Assembly (NCBI GenBank): GCA_964448445.1
Contig: CAYVAU010000012.1
Coordinates: forward strand, 7,925-31,924
Source: an uncultured Thermodesulfobacteriota bacterium
Lineage (GTDB): Bacteria > Desulfobacterota > B13-G15
DNA length: 24,000 nucleotides
Reading direction: 5' to 3'
In this document: piece after piece, positions 1-8,382 of the stretch
Layout: each line of letters opens with the position of its first letter
Numbering within the stretch: the stretch's first letter is position 1
The notes under the pieces: generated by a model
The model's database searches: none
Seen by the model: the letters and a program-made list of their open reading frames with translations, nothing else
What the model was told of the DNA's origin: nothing
Made by a program: the position numbers and the translations under genes

Positions 1-58
1 AAACCGGAAGGGAACCCAAAAGTACAAAGGCCAAAACCCATATCCATGGTCTGCGCAT
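1..58 (-). CDS. 5' end of a secreted-protein gene that runs off the window. Its position directly downstream of bamA suggests an OmpH/Skp-type periplasmic chaperone.
   Basis: ATG at 58-56 on the minus strand, with GGAGG (complement of 65-69) 6 nt upstream. The translation MRRPWIWVLAFVLLGSLPV is a typical Sec signal peptide. bamA-skp synteny is established knowledge, but 19 codons cannot show function. Confidence 0.35.
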   Translation of the reverse strand, partial: MRRPWIWVLAFVLLGSLPV

Positions 59-84
59 TCTAGGCCTCCTTTTGGGCTATGTTA

Positions 85-2331
85 TCAATACATGATGCCA
101 ATGGCAAAATCCCACACGCTGGCCTTCTCGCCTTTTTTCCTGTCGAGGTTGTAACCCCAATCTATCCTTATAGGGCCTACAGGTGAGTACCACCTTATGC
201 CAGCCCCAACGGCATGTCTCAGGGGAAAGGCGTCGTTCCAATGGTCAAAGCCTTTGCCCACGTCGTAAAAGAAGGCCGCCTTAAGGCCGAGTTCTTTGCT
301 GAGGGGATAGAGGAATTCGAAGTTAAAGACCACCATTTTCAAGGCCCCCAGTGGCTCCTGGTTCTCATCCACCGGGCCGGCCATGCCGTACTCGAACCCC
401 CTTATGGTCCTCAGTCCCCCTACGAAGAACTTCTCGCCCAGGGGTATCCGGCCGCCTCCGTAGCGCTCGATGATCCCGAGCTTGCTCCGGAAGTTGAAGA
501 CGAGATCCCCCCAGAGGGGATGAAACCAGCTCAGGGATAGCCTCGCCCGCAGGAAATCCACATCCCCCCCCAATGCTCCCCCTGCGTTGGTGAGGGAAAG
601 GGAGTTGTCCCATCCCTTGGTGGGGCTGAAGGGGTCATCGAGGTTCCAGTAGCTGAAGGTGAGGGTGAGCTTGCTTGTGCGGGTTATGCCCTCGTAGGAC
701 TTTATGTAATCGGAGGCCTCCTCCTCCACGTTGAAGATCTTCTGCCTTTCATACCGATAGACGAGATCCGCCCTCAGATGATCTGTTAGTTCCCTCCCCA
801 CCGATACATCCCCTCCGGTTATGCGGTAGTCGTAGGTTGCGTAATCGTAGACCTCGTTGAAGGCATCAAAGCCCACCGAATAATATGAATCCAAGAACCT
901 CGGATCGCTGAACCCCAGGGAAAACTCGGTCATCTCCCCACCGAGGGTAGCCCTGAGGTAAGCCCGATAAGCCCTGCCGAAGAGGTTTCTCTCGGAAAGC
1001 GAAATGGTCCCAACGAGGCCATGAACGGAGCTATAACCGCCTCCAAACTGCAAGGTCCCTGTGGGCATCTCCTCAACCCTCACCTCCAGATCCAGCACAT
1101 CCCGGTGGGAAGTAGGAATGGTATTGAAGTCCACCTTCTTGAAGATCCTGAGCTTTTTGATCCTCTGCAGGCTCCTCCTGATCTGGGTGGCGCTCCAGAT
1201 ATCTCCCTCGGCCAGCTTTATCTCGCGCCTTATCACCTTTTCGCGCGTCTTGGTGTTGCCCTTTATGGTGATTCGGCCCAGACGGACCCTGGGTCCTGGA
1301 TCGATCCGGAAACGCAGATGCACAAGCCCCCTTTCACGATCAATGGACCTCAGGGGGGATACCTCCACGAAGGCGTAACCCCTGTCAGCGTAATAGTCCA
1401 CGAGTTTCGACACATCCTTTTCTACCTCCGAGACGCGGTAGATCCTCTCAGGCCTCATCTTGAGCTTGACCTTCTTCAGGATCTCTTCCTTGGGGCTTAC
1501 GAGGTTGCCTATGAGGTCCACGCTCGCGATTTTGTACCTCTTGCCCTCCTCAATCCTTATGAGGATGAAGAGCGACCTGCCGTCTCTAGAGACCGATATC
1601 TGTGGTTTGGAGATCTTCACATCCAGATACCCGTGGTCATGGTAAAAGTACCTGATCCTTGAGAGATCCACCTCGAGGAGCTCCCGGTTCAAGGTCCCGG
1701 CCTTGGTCAGCCAGGAAAGCCAGTTTCTCTGCTTGGTGCGCATGAGCTTTTTGAGCTTGCGGTCACTGAAGGCAGTATTCCCCTCAAAGCGGATCTCCTT
1801 GATCCATCCCCTTGGGCCCTCAAAGATATCCAGAAAGACCGTCACCTCATTTCCGGGCAATTCCTGCACCTCGCCGACAACCGAGGCCGTATAGAAGCCC
1901 TTGGAGGCGTAAAGGTCCTTGACCGCTTCCTGGCTCTCTTCCCACAATTGCTGATCGAAGAAGTCCCCCTTTTTGATCTTTAAGACCGCCTCAATCTCCT
2001 CCCTCTTCAACTTCTGATAGCCCGATATCACCACCTCCCTTATCCTCGGCTTCTCCAGCACGATGTAGGTGAGGATCACCCCTTCAGGGGTCTCCTGCAC
2101 ATCCACCCTCACATCCCTGAAGTAGCCCAGGGAAAACAGGCTCCTTACGTCCTCGCTCAGCTGTTCCCTACTGAAGGGTTCCCCTTTTTTGCTCCCGATG
2201 GCGCCCAAAATCACCTCCCTTTCCACCCTCTGATTGCCCACGATCCTTATCTCCTTTATCGTCGGGGGTTGGGCCGAGGAAAGGATCGGAAAGATCAGGC
2301 CAAAGATCGCCACAAGAAGCCGCCGTGTCAT
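85..2331 (-). CDS. bamA: Outer membrane protein assembly factor BamA (Omp85 family; POTRA repeats plus C-terminal beta-barrel)
   Basis: 748-aa ORF with a signal peptide (MTRRLLVAIFGLIFPILSSAQ). The N-terminal POTRA-like segments start IKEIRIVGNQRVEREVI. A long C-terminal region of alternating hydrophobic strands ends in an aromatic residue (GIMY). Confidence 0.9.
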   Translation of the reverse strand: MTRRLLVAIFGLIFPILSSAQPPTIKEIRIVGNQRVEREVILGAIGSKKGEPFSREQLSEDVRSLFSLGYFRDVRVDVQETPEGVILTYIVLEKPRIREVVISGYQKLKREEIEAVLKIKKGDFFDQQLWEESQEAVKDLYASKGFYTASVVGEVQELPGNEVTVFLDIFEGPRGWIKEIRFEGNTAFSDRKLKKLMRTKQRNWLSWLTKAGTLNRELLEVDLSRIRYFYHDHGYLDVKISKPQISVSRDGRSLFILIRIEEGKRYKIASVDLIGNLVSPKEEILKKVKLKMRPERIYRVSEVEKDVSKLVDYYADRGYAFVEVSPLRSIDRERGLVHLRFRIDPGPRVRLGRITIKGNTKTREKVIRREIKLAEGDIWSATQIRRSLQRIKKLRIFKKVDFNTIPTSHRDVLDLEVRVEEMPTGTLQFGGGYSSVHGLVGTISLSERNLFGRAYRAYLRATLGGEMTEFSLGFSDPRFLDSYYSVGFDAFNEVYDYATYDYRITGGDVSVGRELTDHLRADLVYRYERQKIFNVEEEASDYIKSYEGITRTSKLTLTFSYWNLDDPFSPTKGWDNSLSLTNAGGALGGDVDFLRARLSLSWFHPLWGDLVFNFRSKLGIIERYGGGRIPLGEKFFVGGLRTIRGFEYGMAGPVDENQEPLGALKMVVFNFEFLYPLSKELGLKAAFFYDVGKGFDHWNDAFPLRHAVGAGIRWYSPVGPIRIDWGYNLDRKKGEKASVWDFAIGIMY

Positions 2332-2371
2332 TTCTTCCCCCAGAAGGCCTTAAAGCTATATCAGATTTGCC

Positions 2372-3067
2372 TCAATCTTTACAAACCTCCTCCCTTATGA
2401 TGCGACCATCGGCCATGTAGAGCTTGCGGGGAAAGCGATCCACAACGGCCTCATTATGGGTGACCACCACGATGGCCGTTCCCATGGAACGATTTAGCCT
2501 TTCGAGCAGCTCCATGAGCTCGGCACCGGTTTTGGAATCCAGGTTACCGGTGGGCTCATCGGCCAAAAGGAGCCGGGGCCTCATAACCAGGGCCCTCGCC
2601 ATGGCCACCCTCTGCTGTTCCCCTCCGGAGAGCTCTCCCGGACGGTGGTACAGCCTCCCCGAAAGCCCTACCTCCTCCAGGATTTCCCTGGAGCGCTTCT
2701 CGGCCTCACCGGGGGGAAGTCCATAAATGAGGCAGGGAATCATCACGTTCTCAAGGGCGGTGAAGTCCGGAAGGAGGTAATGGAACTGGAAGACAAAGCC
2801 GATCTCCCTGTTCCTTAAGGCGCTGAGTTCCTCCTCCTTGAGTTCCCGGAGCTCCTTTCCCCGATACCTGATGGAGCCACTTGTGGGCCTCTCCAGGGTC
2901 CCCAGGACGTGCAAAAGCGTGCTCTTTCCCACTCCCGATGCCCCCACTATGGCGATCTTCTCCCCAGCTCCCACCTTCAGATCTATCCCCCTCAGGGCCC
3001 ATATTTCCTCGGATCCTCGCCGGAAGACCTTCGTTATGCCCTTTGCCTCAAGGAGCAGCTCACTCAT
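2372..3067 (-). CDS. lolD: Lipoprotein-releasing system ATP-binding protein LolD (ABC ATPase)
   Basis: Walker A GASGVGKST, ABC signature LSGGEQQRVAMARAL, and Walker B LLLADEPTGNLD. It overlaps the upstream FtsX-type permease by 8 nt. Confidence 0.85.
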   Translation of the reverse strand: MSELLLEAKGITKVFRRGSEEIWALRGIDLKVGAGEKIAIVGASGVGKSTLLHVLGTLERPTSGSIRYRGKELRELKEEELSALRNREIGFVFQFHYLLPDFTALENVMIPCLIYGLPPGEAEKRSREILEEVGLSGRLYHRPGELSGGEQQRVAMARALVMRPRLLLADEPTGNLDSKTGAELMELLERLNRSMGTAIVVVTHNEAVVDRFPRKLYMADGRIIREEVCKD

Positions 3068-4295
3068 ACCTTAACACCTCCACGGGATCAAGCCTTGAGG
3101 CCTTTGAGGCGGGATAAAGGGCCGAAAGCAGGCTCAAGCCAAGGGCGAGGGCAGAAATCCACAGCACATCCGAAACACTTACCTTTGAGGGAACCTCGGT
3201 GATGTAATAAACGTCGGGAGGGAGGAACTGTATCCCCAGAAGGTCCTCAATGGCGGCGCTTATCCTCTGGACATTCAAGGCCAGAAGGACCCCCCCGACC
3301 ACCCCCAAAAGGGTTCCCCCAAGACCTATAAGTAGTCCCTGGAGGAGGAAGATCCTGCGGATCGTACCCTTGGTTGCCCCCATGGAGCGCAAAATGGCTA
3401 TTTCCTTTCTCTTTTCCATCACCGTCATCATCAAAACCGCTATTATGTTGAAGGAGGCCACCGTTACCACAAGGGACAGCAATATGAACATCACCCTCCT
3501 CTCCATCCTCAGGGCATAAAAGAGATTTCGGTTCATCTCCATCCAGTCCCGGCAGAGGAAAGGACTCCCTATGAGCCGCTCTATCCTCCTGGAAAGGAGG
3601 TGGGCCCTGTAGATGTCCTCGATCCTTATGGCTATATGGGTCACCGAATGGCCCAAGGAGAGGAAGCCTTGAACATCATCAAGGGGCATGAGGATGAGGG
3701 TTGCATCGTAATCGTACATGCCCGAACGGAAGATCGCCCCAACCCGGACTTGTGTGATCCGCGGGATCCGTCCAAAGGGATGGAGCAGCACCTGTGGCGA
3801 AAGGACCTGCACCCTGTCCCCAACCCTCACCCCAAGGAGCCTGGCCAGCTCAACCCCAAGCCACACCTCACCTGCTTCGAGCCTCCCCTTCCCTTCGACG
3901 AGCCTCTCCCTGAGGTAGAGGATCTCGGGGGCATCGGGCTTTACACCCTTTAGCACAGCCCCCGAACTCGAAAAGGGGGAGCTGACCATGACCTGTGCCA
4001 AAACGACGGGGGAGAGGGAACGGATGCCCTCGATATCCCTGAGCCTTTCCAGGACCCCCTCCGGCTCCGCGATGGGACCTCGGTGGCTCAGCACCAGGAT
4101 GTGGGCCGAAAGGGAGAGGATCCTTTCCTTAATGGTCTCCTGAAATCCGTTCATCACCGAGAGGACCACAATCAGGGCCATAACCCCCAGGGTCACCCCC
4201 ACCAGACAGATGGAGGCAGCCACCGAGATAAAGCGCTCCCTTTTTCTCGATCTCAGGTGCCTCAAGGCGACGAAGAGCTCGAAAGGAACCCTCAA
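3060..4295 (-). CDS. lolC: Lipoprotein-releasing system permease, LolC/LolE family (FtsX-like, MacB-type periplasmic domain)
   Basis: 411-aa ORF. The N-terminus MRVPFELFVALRHLRSRKRERFIS is typical of LolC/E. Four TM segments and the C-terminal FtsX motif are present, and it is coupled to lolD. Confidence 0.8.
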   Translation of the reverse strand: MRVPFELFVALRHLRSRKRERFISVAASICLVGVTLGVMALIVVLSVMNGFQETIKERILSLSAHILVLSHRGPIAEPEGVLERLRDIEGIRSLSPVVLAQVMVSSPFSSSGAVLKGVKPDAPEILYLRERLVEGKGRLEAGEVWLGVELARLLGVRVGDRVQVLSPQVLLHPFGRIPRITQVRVGAIFRSGMYDYDATLILMPLDDVQGFLSLGHSVTHIAIRIEDIYRAHLLSRRIERLIGSPFLCRDWMEMNRNLFYALRMERRVMFILLSLVVTVASFNIIAVLMMTVMEKRKEIAILRSMGATKGTIRRIFLLQGLLIGLGGTLLGVVGGVLLALNVQRISAAIEDLLGIQFLPPDVYYITEVPSKVSVSDVLWISALALGLSLLSALYPASKASRLDPVEVLRYE

Positions 4296-5767
4296 GCCCT
4301 TTTCCTCATGGGTGGAAACAGGATCACGTCCCTTATGGAAGGGGAATCCGTAAAGAGCATGACGAGGCGGTCAATGCCTATACCTTCCCCGGCCGTAGGG
4401 GGCATGCCGTACTCGAGGGCGATCAAAAAGTCCTCATCCAGGAAGAACTCCTCCTGTTGGACCCCCCGCCTTTTGAGCTGCTGCATGAACCTGGACCTTT
4501 GATCCTCGGGATCGTTGAGCTCGGAAAAACCATTGGCTATCTCCCTGCCGTATATAAACAGCTCAAAACGCTCGACCAGCCCCGGATCATCATCCTTCCT
4601 CCGGGCAAGGGGCGAGACCTCAACAGGGTGATCGATGATGAAAGTGGGTTGGATCAAATGGGGTTGAACGACCTCCTCAAAAAGGGCATTTATGAGCTCC
4701 CCATGGGATTCGTCACCCCTTAGCTCGATCCCCAGCTCGCGGGCCTTCCTCAAGGCCGCCTCCCTCTCCCTCAGGACCGATTCATCAAGGCCAAACTCAA
4801 GGAGCGACTCCCTCATGGGGATCCTCGGCCAGGGAGGGGTCAGGTCGATCTCGGTTCCCTGATACTTAATCTTCAGGCCACCACAGACCTTCTGGGCGAG
4901 TTCGCAAAACAATTCCTCGGTGAGGACCATCAGGTCTTCATAGGTGCTGTAGGCCTGGTAAAATTCGAGCATGGTGAACTCGGGGTTGTGGAGGCTTGAG
5001 ATGCCCTCGTTCCTGAAGTTCTTCCCTATTTCGAATACCCTCTCGAAACCCCCGACAACCAACCTTTTGAGGTAAAGCTCGGGGGCTATCCTCAGGTAAA
5101 GCTCCATTTCAAGGGCATTGTGGTAGGTCTTGAAGGGCCTTGCCGCCGCCCCACCGGGTATGGGTTGCATCACAGGGGTCTCCACCTCCAGGAAGTCCCT
5201 CTGCAGCAGAAACTCCCTTATGGTCTGGATGATGAGGCTCCGCTTCCTGAAGGTCTCCCTGCAGGGGGGATTGACAATCAGGTCCAGGTAACGCTGTCTG
5301 TAGCGGATCTCCACATCGGTCAGCCCGTGCCACTTCTCCGGAAGGGGCCTCAAGGACTTGCACAACAATTTGAATTGGTGCACTTCTAAGGTGAGCTCGC
5401 CCGTGCGGGTTTTAAACGGCCTCCCTCTGACCCCAATGATATCCCCTATGTCGAGTCTCTTGAAGAATTTAAAGGGACCCTCCCCCAGGATGTCCCTGCG
5501 CAGGTATATCTGGATCCGCCCCTTTCTGTCCTGAATGTGACTGAAGACCGAGCCGCCGAAATCCCTAATGGCCATGATCCTTCCCGCCAGGGTGAACTCC
5601 TCCCTGACCTCTTCCAGGTCCCTGGGGTCGAGACGGCCGAAGCGACGCCGCAGGTCCTCTGAGGTGGTTTCGGCCTTGAAGTCGCGGGGATAAAGGTCGA
5701 TCCCCTCCTCTCTGAACTTTTGGGCCTTCTCCCTCCTCTGCTTGAGGACCTGACTCTCGGAAGCCAT
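4292..5767 (-). CDS. lysS: Lysine--tRNA ligase, class II
   Basis: 491-aa ORF with an N-terminal OB-fold anticodon-binding region and class II motifs (FRNEGIS, the GIGIDRLVMLFT motif-3 region). It has a 4-nt overlap with lolC. Confidence 0.95.
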   Translation of the reverse strand: MASESQVLKQRREKAQKFREEGIDLYPRDFKAETTSEDLRRRFGRLDPRDLEEVREEFTLAGRIMAIRDFGGSVFSHIQDRKGRIQIYLRRDILGEGPFKFFKRLDIGDIIGVRGRPFKTRTGELTLEVHQFKLLCKSLRPLPEKWHGLTDVEIRYRQRYLDLIVNPPCRETFRKRSLIIQTIREFLLQRDFLEVETPVMQPIPGGAAARPFKTYHNALEMELYLRIAPELYLKRLVVGGFERVFEIGKNFRNEGISSLHNPEFTMLEFYQAYSTYEDLMVLTEELFCELAQKVCGGLKIKYQGTEIDLTPPWPRIPMRESLLEFGLDESVLREREAALRKARELGIELRGDESHGELINALFEEVVQPHLIQPTFIIDHPVEVSPLARRKDDDPGLVERFELFIYGREIANGFSELNDPEDQRSRFMQQLKRRGVQQEEFFLDEDFLIALEYGMPPTAGEGIGIDRLVMLFTDSPSIRDVILFPPMRKRA

Positions 5768-5779
5768 GGAAGGGTAAGG

Positions 5780-6115
5780 CTATCCCAATTTCCCCCGGAT
5801 ATCAACTTCCTGCCGCACCCATTCCAGATATCCTCGACTTCCCCCCACCACAGGAATGGCCACAACCTCGGGGGTCTCGTAGGGATGTTGCTCGAGGATT
5901 ACGGCCTCAAGTTGGGGATAGAGCTCTTGGGTGGTCTTGATCAGACACAGCCACTCTTCGGCCTCCTCTTCCTTGCCCTTCCAGTGATAAAAGCTCCTTA
6001 TGGGGCCCAGGATCTGGATGCATGCAGAAAGCCTCTTTTGTAAAAGACTTCGGGCCATCCTGTGGGCATCCTCGGGGTTGTCGAAGGTGGTCAGGACCAA
6101 AAGGATCCCGGTCAA
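5780..6115 (-). CDS. cutA: Divalent-cation tolerance protein CutA
   Basis: 111-aa ORF. The segments ACIQILGPIRSFYHWKGKEEEAEEWLCLIKT and HPYETPEVVAIPV follow the CutA1 pattern. Confidence 0.8.
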   Translation of the reverse strand: MTGILLVLTTFDNPEDAHRMARSLLQKRLSACIQILGPIRSFYHWKGKEEEAEEWLCLIKTTQELYPQLEAVILEQHPYETPEVVAIPVVGGSRGYLEWVRQEVDIRGKLG

Positions 6116-6888
6116 CGCATCACCTCCTTCATGAAATCGGTCAATGCCTTAAGTTGCGAGATGACCTCCCTCCTTGAGTTGGGCAGCTCACCTGGGGTGA
6201 GCTCGACAGTCAGAAGACCTTTATAGTTGAGGCGCTTAAGGAGGTTCAGGAACCTCATTATGGGCAAAACACCCCTGCCGGGGAAACGGTGCTGTTCGGT
6301 GGGGCCAAAATCGCTGAAGTGGATGTTTTGGACCAGATCTGGCTCATAGAGGGAGAGGAAGAAGGGGATGATGTCCCTGGTCCTTGTGGCCATGTGGGTG
6401 ATGTCCAGGGTGATACAGAGATTCTTCTTCTTAGCAAATTTGACCAGGCTCTGGGGATTGTCCCAGAAATAACCCGAGGTCCGCTTTGCCAGGGGCATGA
6501 TCTCCATGGAAAGATGGACCTCCCCTGCGGTCTCCTTGTCAAAGTCTTTGATCCAGTTGAGCCAGAACCAAAAGAGGAGCTCGAAGCTCGACCACCTCGG
6601 CGGATGAAAGGTCACAACCCTTGCCCCGAGGAGCCTCGCCCACCTTATAGCCCTCTTGAGGGAGGATATCCTCCCCTGCCAGTTCCTGAACCGGAAGAAG
6701 GGACTGTGGATGGCCTTAACGGGCAAGACCCTCCTTGACAGCTCCATCGCTTCCTCAAGGTCGTAAGGCTTCGATACCCTGTGACATATGAGGAGCTCGA
6801 TCCCTTCAAAACCCGCCTCTTGGGCTATCTCGAAGATCTCCCCCAGGGGGAGGGTGAAGAGACTTCCGGTTGAAAGACAGAGATCCAT
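6112..6888 (-). CDS. Sugar phosphate isomerase/epimerase (xylose-isomerase-like TIM barrel family)
   Basis: 258-aa ORF with ATG at 6888. The pattern AGFEGIEL ... HSPF ... VTFHPP ... LSMEIMP ... LDITH ... HFSDF is typical of the AP-endonuclease-2/TIM-barrel family. The substrate is unknown. Confidence 0.7.
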   Translation of the reverse strand: MDLCLSTGSLFTLPLGEIFEIAQEAGFEGIELLICHRVSKPYDLEEAMELSRRVLPVKAIHSPFFRFRNWQGRISSLKRAIRWARLLGARVVTFHPPRWSSFELLFWFWLNWIKDFDKETAGEVHLSMEIMPLAKRTSGYFWDNPQSLVKFAKKKNLCITLDITHMATRTRDIIPFFLSLYEPDLVQNIHFSDFGPTEQHRFPGRGVLPIMRFLNLLKRLNYKGLLTVELTPGELPNSRREVISQLKALTDFMKEVMR

Positions 6889-6959
6889 CCTTGTCTTTTG
6901 AAACCAATTTTATAAAAATGCACCTCAACAGGCCAACCAGCATAAAGGAGGTTTCCCCA

Positions 6960-8117
6960 ATGGAGCTCTCCCGCAGGATAAAGTCGCTGCCGAGATATCT
7001 TTTTGCCGAACTGGACAAAAAGAAACAAGCCTTAAGACAACAGGGAAGGGAATTGATAGACCTGAGCGTAGGAGATCCCGATCTTCCCACCCCTCATGGG
7101 ATCATAGACAGGATGTCCCAGGAGATCCGCCACCCTCAAAACCACCGCTATCCGGACTACGAGGGCCTGCTCGAGTTCAGGGAAGCCGTGGCTTCGTGGT
7201 ACTGGAGGCGATTTGGGGTGAGCCTGGACCCTTCCGCCGAGGTCATGGCCCTCATCGGCTCCAAAGAGGGGATAGCCCATCTGCCCCTGGCCTTCGTTGA
7301 CCCGGGGGACTATGTGCTTGTGCCCGATCCCGGTTACCCCGTTTATCGGGCCTCGACGATCCTCTCAGAAGGCATTCCCTACACTTTGCCCCTTAAGGAA
7401 GAGCGGGGATTTTTGCCCGATTTGAGGGATGTCCCCTCCGAGATCGCCAAAAAGGCCAAACTCCTTTTCCTCAACTATCCCAATAATCCCACTGGGGCCA
7501 CGGCCACAAGGGAGTTTTTCAGGGAGGCCGTGGCCTTTGCAAGGGAATATGACCTCATAGTGTGCCACGATGCCGCCTACAGCGAGCTTTACTTCGAATC
7601 CCCTCCCCCGAGCTTTTTGAGCGTTGAAGGGGCAAAGGATGTGGGGGTGGAGTTCCACTCCCTTTCCAAGACCTTCCGCATGACCGGTTGGAGGATCGGC
7701 TTTGTCGTTGGCAATGCCGCGGTGCTTTCGGGGCTTGGAAGGGTCAAAACGAACGTGGACTCGGGGGTGTTCAACGCCATCCAGAGGACATCGGTATGGG
7801 TCCTTCAAGGGAACATGGATCAAGAAGCCGAGAGGTGGCGGCAGGAGCTGAGGAGGCGGAGGGATGTGATGGTGGAGGGGTTGAGGAGCCTGGGCTTTAA
7901 GGTCGAACCCCCCAAGGCCACCTTCTACCTCTGGCTGAAGGTGCCCGAGGGCTACACCAGCAGGGACTTTGCCGAAAGGCTCCTTGAGGCCGGGGTGGTG
8001 GTGACCCCTGGGGTCGGTTTCGGCGAATGGGGAGAAGGTTATGTTAGGATGGCCCTGACCGTCACCGAGGAACGGCTAAGGGAGGCCTTGAGGAGACTCC
8101 GGGAGGTCAAGCTTTGA
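6960..8117 (+). CDS. dapL: LL-diaminopimelate aminotransferase (class I PLP aminotransferase, DapL type)
   Basis: I place the start at ATG 6960, which follows AAGGAGG, rather than at the ORF-track start 6870. Motifs: LPRYLFAELDKKK, LSVGDPDLPTP, LIGSKEGIAH, FLNYPNNPTGA, and HSLSKTFRMTGWRIG (PLP lysine). Confidence 0.8.
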   Translation: MELSRRIKSLPRYLFAELDKKKQALRQQGRELIDLSVGDPDLPTPHGIIDRMSQEIRHPQNHRYPDYEGLLEFREAVASWYWRRFGVSLDPSAEVMALIGSKEGIAHLPLAFVDPGDYVLVPDPGYPVYRASTILSEGIPYTLPLKEERGFLPDLRDVPSEIAKKAKLLFLNYPNNPTGATATREFFREAVAFAREYDLIVCHDAAYSELYFESPPPSFLSVEGAKDVGVEFHSLSKTFRMTGWRIGFVVGNAAVLSGLGRVKTNVDSGVFNAIQRTSVWVLQGNMDQEAERWRQELRRRRDVMVEGLRSLGFKVEPPKATFYLWLKVPEGYTSRDFAERLLEAGVVVTPGVGFGEWGEGYVRMALTVTEERLREALRRLREVKL

Positions 8118-8333
8118 CCACTCAAGGGGGAGTTCCTCCTTCAATCCCTCCAAGAACGCCACAAACTCCCCTTCAAGCTCGACTGGCACATAGAGTTCCA
8201 TTTCCCCGCGGGAGGCATCCACGGTCCTTGAAGAGGCCAATCCCTCATAGGATTCGAGCAAGAAGTTGAAAAACGCCATTTCCTCCTTCGGTACTTTCAC
8301 CCGATAGATCAAGGTATCCCTTTCATAATCCAT
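8076..8333 (-). CDS. Small DUF4911-like protein (85 aa)
   Basis: The internal ATG at 8333 gives MDYERDTLIYRVKVPKEEMAFFNFLLESYEGLA.... This resembles DUF4911 family members as I recall them. The longer 151-aa reading would run antisense through the GGDEF gene's N-terminus. Confidence 0.5.
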   Translation of the reverse strand: MDYERDTLIYRVKVPKEEMAFFNFLLESYEGLASSRTVDASRGEMELYVPVELEGEFVAFLEGLKEELPLEWSKLDLPESPQGLP

Positions 8334-8347
8334 GGGAAAAATGATAC

Positions 8348-8367
8348 AAAATTTGCGTTCAAATTTT
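8348..8367. promoter_or_regulatory. Perfect 8-bp inverted repeat AAAATTTG-cgtt-CAAATTTT in the AT-rich divergent intergenic region. It is a candidate operator.
   Basis: Read directly: 8348-8355 AAAATTTG and 8360-8367 CAAATTTT. It lies between the DUF4911 start (8333) and the preferred GGDEF-gene start (8383). Confidence 0.25.
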
Positions 8368-8382
8368 AAAAGGAATTTCTCG

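Noticed and set aside
1021-1662. Long antisense or alternative-frame ORFs inside well-supported genes, for example 1021-1662 (+), 8884-9579 (-), 11256-11741 (-), 12529-12951 (-), 21857-22564 (-) and 23410-23925 (-)
   Set aside because: Each lies wholly within a gene that has clear family motifs on the other strand or frame. Their products are Arg/Pro/Gly-rich low-complexity sequences typical of out-of-frame reading, and none has an SD.
6891-6916. TTGAAA / TATAAA hexamers in the 6889-6959 divergent region as a sigma70 promoter for dapL
   Set aside because: The spacer between TTGAAA (6898-6903) and TATAAA (6911-6916) is only 7 nt. The alternative -35 gives 14 nt. No acceptable -35/-10 geometry exists, so only an isolated -10-like element remains.
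8332-8382. ORF-track start (8332) for the GGDEF-HD-GYP gene
   Set aside because: It would overlap the divergent DUF4911 start codon (CATG) and leave no promoter space. The segment is AT-rich and encodes a non-conserved-looking leader, whereas ATG 8383 has an AAAGGAA SD. I keep 8332 only as an alternative.
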